From Williopsis jadinii (lineage: Eukaryota), in assembly GCA_024346625.1 (NCBI GenBank), contig AP024664.1, forward strand, positions 3,286,001 to 3,350,000: 64,000 nt of DNA, written 5' to 3'. Of this stretch, positions 33,206-42,942 are shown one piece after another. Positions within the stretch are counted from its first letter, which is position 1; each line of letters starts with the position of its first letter. The position numbers were made by a program, and so were the translations under genes. The notes below the pieces were generated by a model. That model did no database searches. It saw only the letters and a list, made by a program, of their open reading frames with translations, and had not been told where the DNA came from.

Positions 33206-33590
33206 CCAATGAATCAACTACATGATATGAATAAATGAAAGTCGTTAGAATTCGTTAAAACTGCTTCACAGTTGTTTCTTCTTCAACTATTGGGCCGATA
33301 AGACCGACTAAGCCGTTGATGTTGGAATAAATAGAAAATAAATAAAGCTCTGCATAGGTTATAGCGAGACAAATCATGTCAGGTCAAAAAATAATGAAAT
33401 GAGCATGTGTGTGAACCCACGTCTTATAAATAAGGCTGATTTTCTCCGTTGATGTTATGTTCTTCAAGAACAGTAGCAATGTCAGTGAAACCAGCACTGA
33501 AGATAATAAATAGTTTGCACAGAGGACCCTTTGTTGGTCTGAAACTCCACGTCTTATAAATAGGTTGTGTTGTATGTTTGTTTGAAGCCA

Positions 33591-34031
33591 TCAGTGTTCT
33601 CGCTCAACGAGTAAGTCATAGGTGTCGTCCCTCAAGACGTCGCCCTGCTGCTCACTTTCATGCGCCATGTCCTTCAGACCCTCGTACAAGTAGCAAAACA
33701 TGAAATCGACATCCTTGTTTTCGTTGTACATCTGTCTTATGGCATTGCGCACTGATCTTGGGTGTGATCTTGGAACCACCGTGGCCTCGTGCAACTTGAT
33801 ATAGTCATTGATAAACCTGTCCTGCTCACCACGATCCAACTCCATCCATGACTTGTAATGTGAGTTGAAATCAAGATAGGAATGTTCACGCAGGTATAGG
33901 AAAGTCTCCTTTGCCCTCTCAAGCTCCTGTGTAGAACCTCTTTGGAACATGGACAGCGTTGTTGCTGCAGGTCCCACAGATAAACGGAAAGTCCTTGGGG
34001 TAGAGAGGTACTTCAGAGTACTGGATAGCAT
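33591..34031 (-). CDS. Uncharacterised 146-aa protein, likely mitochondrial
   Basis: ATG ORF with Arg/Ser/Leu-rich, acid-free N-terminus; TATA-like element near 34146; similar to 35045-35443. Confidence 0.7.
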   Translation of the reverse strand: MLSSTLKYLSTPRTFRLSVGPAATTLSMFQRGSTQELERAKETFLYLREHSYLDFNSHYKSWMELDRGEQDRFINDYIKLHEATVVPRSHPRSVRNAIRQMYNENKDVDFMFCYLYEGLKDMAHESEQQGDVLRDDTYDLLVEREH

Positions 34032-35044
34032 TTCTTCGGTGTATGTGGTGTGTTGTGTGTTTGAAACAATTCTTCTTGAGATTTCAACTCACAGAGTGTA
34101 AGAGGGGTGGTCAGAGATCGATTCAAGGTGTGGGTTTCAGACTCCTTTTATACTTTGGAATTTATGTAAGGTGCTCTGAAACCACACCCACTTCCCTAAG
34201 CTACGAGGACTAATTAATCCGTGAGCCTCTACAAAACGCAACAGCAACGGAGAGAAAGTGGTGTCACTTGTTCACGAGTGGAGATGAAACCCGCACCACA
34301 TACATAAAACCAAGCAAGAGCCAACACCAAAGCCCTACATGTACCGGAGGAGAAGATCGGAAGAGCACATTACGTAGAGCACGCTTGGAAGTGGTGGCTT
34401 TACAGCAACAAGCGGGTGCAAGGTGCGGTAACCGGACTCGCTTTGCTGAGCGATCTGTGCATGAGAATTTGAATAGAACGAGCCGTGATAGGTTGTAAAT
34501 ATGTACAATGGGAGCGAAAAAGAAAAAAAAAGGCCACTTGAGAGGGAAATAACTGCGTGGTTGTTAGTTTGGTATGTAGTGCCTGTTATTCCACCACAAG
34601 GCTGTCTGGTGGGTTCTTGCTGTGTTGTGTGTGTTTTTCCAGTTTGAGCTGTAAGTACCGTACGATTGTGGAGATCAATAAGCAGTGTAAATCATCAACT
34701 GATTTTTAAACCAGGCATATTGGGCCAGCTACTGTTGACATGATTCCCCTGGAGAGACTTTGGGAGGGATTACACTATTGAGGGAGGTTCCAAATACGGC
34801 TCCAGATCACAATTCATTAAATGGGCTATGGATTATGGATTAGCTGCATTACGGGTACTGTGACGGGCTTTCACACTGGCCAAGTTGGTACTCTGGTGTA
34901 TGCCTCTGCCATGGTTATTTGCTCACATAGCTACGTTCAAAGTCCATACGCATTTGCAGGCGCTTAGCCGATCTACGGATAAATCACATTGGCAGTACGT
35001 ACAGGTTGATCCAATCATATTAGCCGTGATTACATATACAGAGC

Positions 35045-35443
35045 TCATTTCACCAAGGTGAAGAAGTCAGAGTCAAACTCCGCAGTGGTTTCGTTGTGGA
35101 TCTTCTTGTCCGCAAGGTCGTTGTACAACAAGCCAAATATAGCCGGGATATCATCAAACTCCTCCATTCCCGCCGCCAGTTGCTTGTAGTAGTTCTTTGT
35201 GCATGAATTCTTCGAACGGTACATCTCCACGAACTGACGGATAAACTCACGCTTGTCATCGTCCGATAGCTGTCTCCACGGTTTCTGTACGCTTTGAAGC
35301 GTCACTCCTGAGCTATGGAATCCACGTTTCGTACCAAGGCTTGCACATGCCAGCCCACTAGGATTCGTCTTGACCATTGCTTTACGAATTGTGCCACGCT
35401 GTGCCGCTTGGAGACACTGGAGCTTTACTCTGGAAATGAACAT
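35045..35443 (-). CDS. Uncharacterised 132-aa protein, likely mitochondrial, paralog of 33591-34031
   Basis: Presequence-like N-terminus ending KRGFHSS; shared KxWxxL, FIxxF/Y, FxxLYxxL and C-terminal LV motifs. Confidence 0.75.
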   Translation of the reverse strand: MFISRVKLQCLQAAQRGTIRKAMVKTNPSGLACASLGTKRGFHSSGVTLQSVQKPWRQLSDDDKREFIRQFVEMYRSKNSCTKNYYKQLAAGMEEFDDIPAIFGLLYNDLADKKIHNETTAEFDSDFFTLVK

Positions 35444-35965
35444 GACGATGCGGATGCTGTTGTGTTGTAGTGTGATGGTGTGGAATGCTGGGAAAATGCA
35501 ACGATATGGTTATATCTAATCGATTAGAATTGGGAGTTGACTTGTGGCTCAGTTAAAAGGTTAAAGAAAAAACACTTGGTTATTGCCTTAAACTTGTTGA
35601 TTATTCATAACACCCCTTTTCGGTGGTCTCTGGGCCTTTTTTTGCTTCACAGGCAAGCGAAATTCACCAGCAAACCTTTACGGCGCCGTTGGAAAAGATT
35701 ACACCTGTTGCCCAAAACAGAGCCCCTTTTGTAGACCTTTGCGCCAAATCTAAAACTGCTGTCGGACCACGAAAAGGCACAACAAAATGACAGCAAAACT
35801 GATTTGGGGCAGGAAAAGTCTCCGATAAAAAAATACAAGCCTAAAAATTAAAGCCCTTCCAGCTGGGAAAGTTTTACGAAGCACACTACGGACATTTGAT
35901 AAGATCCTCATCTCGCTCGTATTTTCTACCATCGAATCCGGAAGGGAGCAGATGTCCTCCTCATC

Positions 35966-36525
35966 ATGAGCCAGTGTAGACCATCCACTCACCACGCGTT
36001 GTTCACGAAGCAGGAAGGCGTGTGTCCTTACCACATTGTCCGGGCACGCATGGTAACCGCGAAACACATCGCTGAGTTCATCGACATCTACCCCAAAAAA
36101 CACTCGTGAATTGTCACATCTTGTCCTCCAGTTCATTCTGTCTCTCCCTAATCAACCAGTGTTTGGCCTTCAAATGTCAAGTCACGGGCACACGCCTCTC
36201 GAGAGTGACTGAAGAGTACACGAGCAAGACATGCACCGGCTGCGGGACAAGAAAACACACACAGTCTCTGGCAGACCGCACCTTCTGTTGTGCCTCGTGT
36301 AACCTGTTTGTCCGCCGCGACATCATCATCAAATGTCTTGCCGCATCTCAGTAGACACAACCAAGGAGAGCGTTCATGCTCCTCTAAAGAAATGACTGCC
36401 TTTTTGCTGTCTCCTCCGCTTTCTAAGAGGCACAAGATGGCACATTTTCATGAATGGTTAACGCTTCCCCATTCGGCTCGGATGACCTGTTCGGCGCCAT
36501 TAGGTAATCACTTATGAACGCAGCT
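35966..36525 (+). mobile_element. Degenerate, internally deleted IS607/Fanzor-like element remnant (ends not defined)
   Basis: HTH-like stub, then TnpB/Fanzor C-terminus, then a structured non-coding segment. Confidence 0.6.
36076..36354 (+). pseudogene. TnpB/Fanzor nuclease C-terminal fragment (RuvC-II/III and zinc ribbon)
   Basis: LAFKC...VTEEYTSKTCTGCG...LADRTFCCASCNLFVRRDIIIK; no ATG, upstream stop, NxAxN after RD absent. Confidence 0.85.
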
Positions 36526-36587
36526 GTTACGTCGTCACTTATGTAATCATCATTATGTAATCATCATTACGTAGGACATTATGTCAT
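36499..36587. repeat. Imperfect 12-15 bp periodic array of TTA(T/C)GT(A/C)A-like motifs, including exact TTATGTAATCATCA x2
   Basis: ttaggtaa, ttatgaa, ttacgtc, ttatgtaa, ttatgtaa, ttacgta, ttatgtca. Confidence 0.8.
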
Positions 36588-36978
36588 TCTGCCATTCCCC
36601 ACGTGTCAATACCAGATACGCAGTTGCGCGCCTGCACCCACACCCATACGCACACCCGGACACCACACCCACAATCCGGGCGGAAAGATCAGGCTCAGCG
36701 TCGGAATTGGGGAGGCAGCGCTTCGCTGTGGGACTTTTCTTCCTTTTCTTGGTTTGTTTAAGGGTTTGCAAAAAAGGGAACTTTGAAGTTATATTTCCTT
36801 TTGATTTCTACGCTGCTTGCCTATATCAATCAGCTAGTTCAGATCATAGCAATTGTTCCCTCATATAGAAGAACAACGAGCCAAGCTGGGCGATACTGGT
36901 GACCACATTCTGATCTGAGTGGTTTTTGTTATTGGACCTGTTGGCCTACGGTTTTTGGCTTCATAGGGGAATTTTCGT

Positions 36979-39111
36979 ATGTCGTATCACTACAGTACGC
37001 AGCAACCGTACTTGGAGGACCAAAACTCCACACAGACTTCACCAATGGGGTCGACGTCCGGGTCGCCTACACGGCAGAGAAGTGGATCATCGGCAAATCA
37101 AGAACAAGGTTTCCAATGGAGCTCAAACTATGCTCAGTCAAACATCCCAACTAGTGGTTTGGGAACTACCCCAAGACTGCAACAGCACAATGAGCTGTCA
37201 CCTACGTTGAACCCAAAGTCTCACGTTCAGCAAATGTCACAACAACAACAGCAGCTGAATGTGTATCCGTATGGCTCACCGACAAGCCAGTTCAATAACC
37301 CATGGTCCTCCTCACAGAGGTCTCCGTCGCAGGCGCACTCACAATTCTCTCCGCAATCTGCTTCAACAGTGACTGGGACCTCGATTGTTGGTGGTGATGC
37401 TGCTTTGATGACACCAAACACGCGGAGCTCTTACTATAACTCGCCAACGTTACCAACCACGTATGAATATCAGGACTATGGAGCACCTCCACAGACTCAG
37501 CCACAGCAGCAACCAAGGAAGAACTCCCTTATATACCCTCCAAAGAGAGCACCAGCACCTCCGCCAACGTATTTTGCAGATCAGTCGGTGACTCTGAATG
37601 ACTTACACAGACGTCAATCAGTTGCAACGGTTCCAACTCCGCAGCCGTTGAGCCAGGCTCAAGCGCAGTTGTCTAATTTCACTAACAGAAGGCCGTCTCT
37701 GGTGCATGGGTTCCAATTGAAACAGATGCCTCCACCGACATTGAAACAAGTTTTATCGAAGGCAGATCTCCACCCTGTGATCAACAAGATGCCCAAGTAT
37801 CGTCGTGCGTCGATGGCCACGCAGTACATCTCACCTCTCATGGCTTTGACTACTGAGATCTGTACAACTTTCACACTTTGCAACACCGACTTCCATTATG
37901 AAGTCAGCAATAACCCAAAGAGGGTGCTGACTAAACCAAGCGAAGGGAAGTCGAATAATGGATTCGATAACGAAGAAGGAAATCTCATCGTGTACGTTAA
38001 CGATGTCTTGGGACAACAAGATAGTAAGAAGTACCTCGTACTAGACGTCTTGGGGAAGGGGACATTTGCACAAGTTGTCAAGTGTCAGGATCTATCTACA
38101 AAGGAATTTGTCGCCATAAAGATTGTCAAATGTAAACATGAATGTACTTATCAAAGTCTTGCAGAAGTTGCCCTATTGGAACTCATCAACCAAAAAGTGG
38201 ATCCTAATGACAAATTCCATCTGTTGAGGTTGAAGGATAAGTTTCTATTCAAGAACCATCTCTGTATTGTTTTTGAACTGTTATCCTCAAATTTGTTTGA
38301 ACTGGTTAAACAGAATGAGTATAAAGGCTTGAACATTGGCCTTGTAAGGAAATTCTCAAAGCAACTGTTGGAGGCATTATGCGTGTTGAAACGTGCAGAG
38401 ATCATCCATTGTGATTTGAAGCCTGAGAATATTCTGTTGATCTCACCCGATAAACCAGATATCAAGATTGTCGACTTTGGATCTGCATGTAAGGAGCATC
38501 AGACGCTTTATACTTATGTCCAATCCAGATTCTACAGATCTCCAGAGGTGATTCTTGGTTTGCCATATTCCTCCTCTATTGACGTTTGGTCCCTTGGATG
38601 TGTCATTGCAGAGCTATTTCTTGGACTACCACTCTTTGCTGGTAGCTCAGAGTATGATCAACTGTTGAAAATTGTCACGATACTGGGAATGCCACCTTCC
38701 TGGATGATTGATATGGGACGTGATGGCTTGAGATTCTTTGAAAAGACTGAGGATCATAAGTATAAGATGAAGTCATTGGCCAAATACTGTGAGGAGTATA
38801 AGTTGAAAGAGAAACCAGGTGATAAATTCCTCAAATCTGATGACCTACAAGTCCTCATAACGAAGTATGATATGAATCGGAAGAGTATGACGTCCACCAT
38901 GATTGAGAAAGAGAACAACGATCGTGAGTCGTTGTTGCATCTCTTGAGAGGCTTATTAATTTGGAGTCCATTACAGAGATGGACTCCTCAACAGGCTATA
39001 TTGCATCCATTTATCACTGGTGAGAAGTTTACTGGGTCATGGTCCCCACCTGGTTCTACTGGAGGGTTATCAGACAGCAGATCAAACAGCTCTCGAAAGA
39101 GATCTGTCTAA
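36979..39111 (+). CDS. YAK1: DYRK-family Ser/Thr kinase
   Basis: PKYRRAS, NPKRVLTKP, HCDLKPEN, YTYVQSRFYRSPE; PKA-type RRxS sites; adjacent to TIM17. Confidence 0.93.
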   Translation: MSYHYSTQQPYLEDQNSTQTSPMGSTSGSPTRQRSGSSANQEQGFQWSSNYAQSNIPTSGLGTTPRLQQHNELSPTLNPKSHVQQMSQQQQQLNVYPYGSPTSQFNNPWSSSQRSPSQAHSQFSPQSASTVTGTSIVGGDAALMTPNTRSSYYNSPTLPTTYEYQDYGAPPQTQPQQQPRKNSLIYPPKRAPAPPPTYFADQSVTLNDLHRRQSVATVPTPQPLSQAQAQLSNFTNRRPSLVHGFQLKQMPPPTLKQVLSKADLHPVINKMPKYRRASMATQYISPLMALTTEICTTFTLCNTDFHYEVSNNPKRVLTKPSEGKSNNGFDNEEGNLIVYVNDVLGQQDSKKYLVLDVLGKGTFAQVVKCQDLSTKEFVAIKIVKCKHECTYQSLAEVALLELINQKVDPNDKFHLLRLKDKFLFKNHLCIVFELLSSNLFELVKQNEYKGLNIGLVRKFSKQLLEALCVLKRAEIIHCDLKPENILLISPDKPDIKIVDFGSACKEHQTLYTYVQSRFYRSPEVILGLPYSSSIDVWSLGCVIAELFLGLPLFAGSSEYDQLLKIVTILGMPPSWMIDMGRDGLRFFEKTEDHKYKMKSLAKYCEEYKLKEKPGDKFLKSDDLQVLITKYDMNRKSMTSTMIEKENNDRESLLHLLRGLLIWSPLQRWTPQQAILHPFITGEKFTGSWSPPGSTGGLSDSRSNSSRKRSV

Positions 39112-39233
39112 TGTTTTCTATATTTCTGTTTCTTCAAACCTTTGGAAGTTAATATTAATGATATAATGGTGCTTCTACAAAGGTTTGTATGTGTAATCTC
39201 GATATCAAAGGCATCGTTAAAGCGTTGGTGCCG

Positions 39234-39282
39234 TTGCAGAGCTTGCAGAGCTTGCAGAGCTTGCAGAGCTTGCAGAGCTTGC
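39234..39282. repeat. 9-bp tandem repeat TTGCAGAGC x5 plus partial
   Basis: Read directly between the convergent YAK1 and TIM17 3' ends. Confidence 0.95.
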
Positions 39283-39427
39283 TCAATAACAACAGCATAC
39301 ATATGTACAAGCACACCCACACATACAAAAGAAAAAGGCAAACTGATATAAAAAGGACAAAACACTAGACGTGTGGAACGTAATCGTTAATACAAAGGAC
39401 ATTGACAAGCTGTGGTTCCAACAGAGT

Positions 39428-39962
39428 CTAAGCTGAAAGAGGAGCTTGTTGTTCCGGGAGAGGAGGAGCCATTGGCTTGTTTTGCCATGCCATGTATCTC
39501 TGGAACATCATACCAACACCTTCAAACACACCAAGAAGACAGGCACATGTGATGGCAGAGTTTCTTGTGTGTCTCCATCCACCTCTGATTGCTAAGGAAC
39601 CACCGGTGAAGAAACCTGCGATGATAGCGTTGAGCGGATCCTCACGCTTTCTAACAGCCTTCACGGCACAGTCGTAGGTGGAGAACAAACCACCCCAGAC
39701 ACCAAAGTTACCACCAACCACTGGTACACGGGCCTTGATAGCAGAAATAGCACCCGGGAAACGTTCACCGTATGGAGAGTTTCTGAAACCCTTGATACCG
39801 TGCCAAACACAACCACCAATGACCTAATATTAAACGTTAGTACAGCACAACAGACAAGCACAAAGATACAAGCACACAGCCACATACACCCATAGCAAAG
39901 GCACCACCGAAATCGTTAAGAATGACAATAGGACATGGATCTCTAGTGTGATCAGCAGACAT
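39428..39962 (-). CDS. TIM17: Mitochondrial inner membrane translocase subunit; exons 39962-39888 and 39823-39428
   Basis: [37 protein letters not shown]...[16 protein letters not shown]...REDP. Confidence 0.96.
39824..39887 (-). other. Spliceosomal intron (64 nt)
   Basis: GTATGT donor, TACTAAC at 39842-39836, TAG acceptor; phase 0. Confidence 0.95.
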
Positions 39963-40249
39963 GATTTGTATGTATAATTAGTTTGAGATTAGTAACGTGT
40001 CGTCTCTTCTGTCGACTTTGGATTCCACTTCTCCCCGTTGATGGCCAAAGTTTTCCAAACTTTTCACCTGGTTTCCGGGCACGACTTTTTCCCGAATGGT
40101 GTTGTGCTGCGCGAACCGGATGTTTGTCCGCTTTCTGGGTTTTTGTCTTTTGTCTCTTGTCGTTTTTTTTTTTGGGTGGACATCTTTCGCTAATTTGATA
40201 CTTTTGCCATACAGTGAAGACATTTCATTAGAACGTATTAGAATTCACA

Positions 40250-41102
40250 ATGAGTTGGGGTACGTAGCGTAGCTTCAGGGTGTGTTGCTTCTTCTTGACT
40301 AACACGATGTATTTGTTTTCTAGACGATGATGACTTTGAGGTTCCAGCAACCTCCAATGCCAAAGTTGCAGAGAGCTGGGATGACGACTTTGCAGCTGAC
40401 GACGATGACGTTTTAGAATCATGGGACGCTGAGGAGGTGGAAGAGAAGCCAAAGCCAAAGCCAAAGGCCAAGGCCTCCACCACGGCGAAGTCTAGTGCAA
40501 AGACCGCTGGTAAGAAGGTAATAACCTCCGAACTCGATTCTGTTGATGAAAAGACTCGTAAAGAATTACAGAGAAAGGCGGAGTTGGAAGCCGATCTCAA
40601 CAACGCTGCAGATCTCTTTGGTGGATTGGGATTGAACGAACATCCACGTGAGAAGGCGTTGAAAGCAGCAGCTGAGGCCAAAGCACAAGAACAGAAGCTG
40701 ACCATTGACACTCCGCTATCAGCACACCCAATTTTCAACCCAGAGACCAAGCAAGATTACGAAAAGTTGAGAAAGGCATTAACCACTGAGATGAATAGAC
40801 TGGCTGAACAGAGCTCTCTGAACTATGCCTCTTCATTGGCAATCGATCTTACGAGAGATATGTGTAAGCCTATGGCTACTGAGAACATAAGAAAGGTCAT
40901 CTCCACCCTTAACGTTGTCCTTAAGGATAAGGAGAGAGCTGAAAGACAGGCCAGATTGTCCAAAGCTGGAGGTACAGCCACTGGAGGAGCCGGTAAGAAG
41001 AAGGCTAAAGCTGCAAAGCCAAACCTCGGTGGTGCATTCAAGAAGGATCAAGATATTGTCGTTGATAACTATGATGATTTTGCTGACGACGACTTTATGT
41101 AA
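40250..41102 (+). CDS. HCR1: Translation initiation factor eIF3j; exons 40250-40259 and 40324-41102
   Basis: MSWDDDDF..SWDD..ESWD acidic N-terminus, [17 protein letters not shown]-terminus. Confidence 0.93.
40260..40323 (+). other. Spliceosomal intron (64 nt)
   Basis: GTACGT donor, GACTAAC branch at 40297-40303, TAG acceptor; frame restored. Confidence 0.88.
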
Positions 41103-41271
41103 TGGCCCGAAGGTGTAGTTTCGAACAGGAGCTTAATGTATACAATCCAAAGCAATGTTGTTTGCCGTTGTTGTTACATGCTTGTCATAAGGTGTGCGTG
41201 TGTACAGGCTGACGGAGACGTAGAATGTAATACTATCATTAATTGTACTAGAACATCTGAACATTATCTGT

Positions 41272-41754
41272 TTACTTTGATTTGAAGAACTTCTTAGCCT
41301 TCTTGAAGAACCCACCACTTCCATCTTTTGAGGAGTTCTTTTCACGCTGCTTCTCTTGGTTTTCGTTATACGAGTTCTTTGGCGATATCATATTACCAAA
41401 CCCACCCCTACCAAAGCTCATCGGGTTATTGTTATTGGCTTGTCCACTTATCACTGGTGTGATGTAGTCCTCTGGATCAGCATCAACGTCCTGTAACTTT
41501 CTTGCAAGCTTAGCGTCTGTATTTCTGTGCATGTTACCAGCACCTCCACGTCCCGTTGAAAACACTGGTTGTAGAAGATTTGGGGTTAGCGAGCCTTGCT
41601 CAACAACGTTGGGCTGTGGTTGCTCCTTTGAAGCTTTGATATTCCAAGCACCCCCACGTCCTGTAGAGTAGTAGTACTTGTGGTCCTGTTTCGGCTGAGA
41701 CGTTGACGAGGACATCGGGATGAAGTCCTCAGGATCAGCACTGTTTCCGGTCAT
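41272..41754 (-). CDS. PAR32: Par32/DUF3602 protein with GRGGAGN repeats
   Basis: STGRGGAWN, STGRGGAGN, SFGRGGFGN; near GLT1 as in S. cerevisiae. Confidence 0.85.
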   Translation of the reverse strand: MTGNSADPEDFIPMSSSTSQPKQDHKYYYSTGRGGAWNIKASKEQPQPNVVEQGSLTPNLLQPVFSTGRGGAGNMHRNTDAKLARKLQDVDADPEDYITPVISGQANNNNPMSFGRGGFGNMISPKNSYNENQEKQREKNSSKDGSGGFFKKAKKFFKSK

Positions 41755-42284
41755 AGCTATGAAATTGTACGTTTGCTAGGAAATGAAGCGAACTGGTTGA
41801 ATGTTTAGGTCTGTACTGAGCTATGAAGCGTCAATGTTCACAACTGCGAAGTAGAGCGTGTGTGTGTGTGTGTGTCTGTCTGTCTGTCTGTGAACGGATG
41901 GCTCCTCAAGCGTCCAGCTATAAAACACGGGGAAAGCAAGAAACAGAAGGGAGAAGGAAGAGGGAAAAAACGTTAAAGGGAACAAAAATCCAAATCAACG
42001 TTGTATACCAACTGATAATGAGTAAAACTGATAAAGTCTGGGCACCAATTGATTAATTTTGTATGCTTTTCCCAGCGTATTTTGGGAATTCCAACGCTGC
42101 ACCCTCCAGTGGTCTTTCCTTCCGTGGCCTCACCCCCTCTCCCGCAGCCCCCCTGGCGAGAGCCTCCGCCTACAACTTTCTGTGTCCGTTTGGGCTTCCC
42201 TCAGCGCCGTGTTTTCACTTCTGGGCAGGCAAGGACGCACGCAGGCAAGAACCTCCCGCCAGGTTTTACGCTGCCGCGAGTCCC

Positions 42285-42313
42285 CACAAGCGTTCACAAG
42301 CGTTCACAAGCGT
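42285..42313. repeat. 10-bp tandem repeat CACAAGCGTT, about 3 copies
   Basis: Read directly in the PAR32 upstream region. Confidence 0.85.
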
Positions 42314-42942
42314 AGAGGGAGGAAAATCATCAGCGAAGAGTACTCAGTGATGATTCTCCTCCAAATCGTCATTTTATCACCAGGTACCGATGGCTTCATC
42401 GTCCAATCGCAAGGCACGATGGCCTGGCTATGCTGTGTGCATCTCTGGCCTGTTGATTGATGATATCACAGCAAAAGCAAGGGCTAACTTGCACTCGCTG
42501 AACGGTCCAATGAGAGCCTGAACCAAACATACACAGATCAGATAACAGGCTAAGTGCCGCGAAATTCACAGCTTGGCCTCAGACAGCAACCAGCGTGCGT
42601 GGTGGTGTTCTCTTAACTTCCGGAGAGCCACTGTGAGGCGCCTTCTGACTGGGGAGAGACGACGTAGGCTGGTTCTGGTGCTCTACGTGGGCCACCAGGT
42701 TGGCACTGCGAACAAAGTGTGCTTGGTGTCTGGATGGTTTGTCTTGCTCCGGTTGTGCGCCCGTAAACTGTCAAATGGAGTCCAGATGTGCCTTCAAGCC
42801 AGCTGGAATAGAGTAGATAGCACTCAAGGATCGTTCATACCAGGGATACACCACCAAGTACAGCCATGTCAGACAGTTTAGTGAATCTCATTGCAATAAA
42901 TATACAAAAATACATAATAAATATCAAAAGTGATGCCAGCAA

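Noticed and set aside
36091..36103. Programmed -1 frameshift at CCCCAAAAAAC
   Set aside because: Not a proper X XXY YYZ heptamer in the upstream frame; mutational decay is more likely
36499..36587. CRISPR-like array next to the nuclease remnant
   Set aside because: Units are 12-15 bp with no unique spacers, and the genome is eukaryotic
39108..39365. ORFs with LQA/CRA repeats
   Set aside because: Artefacts of the 9-bp tandem repeat in convergent 3' regions
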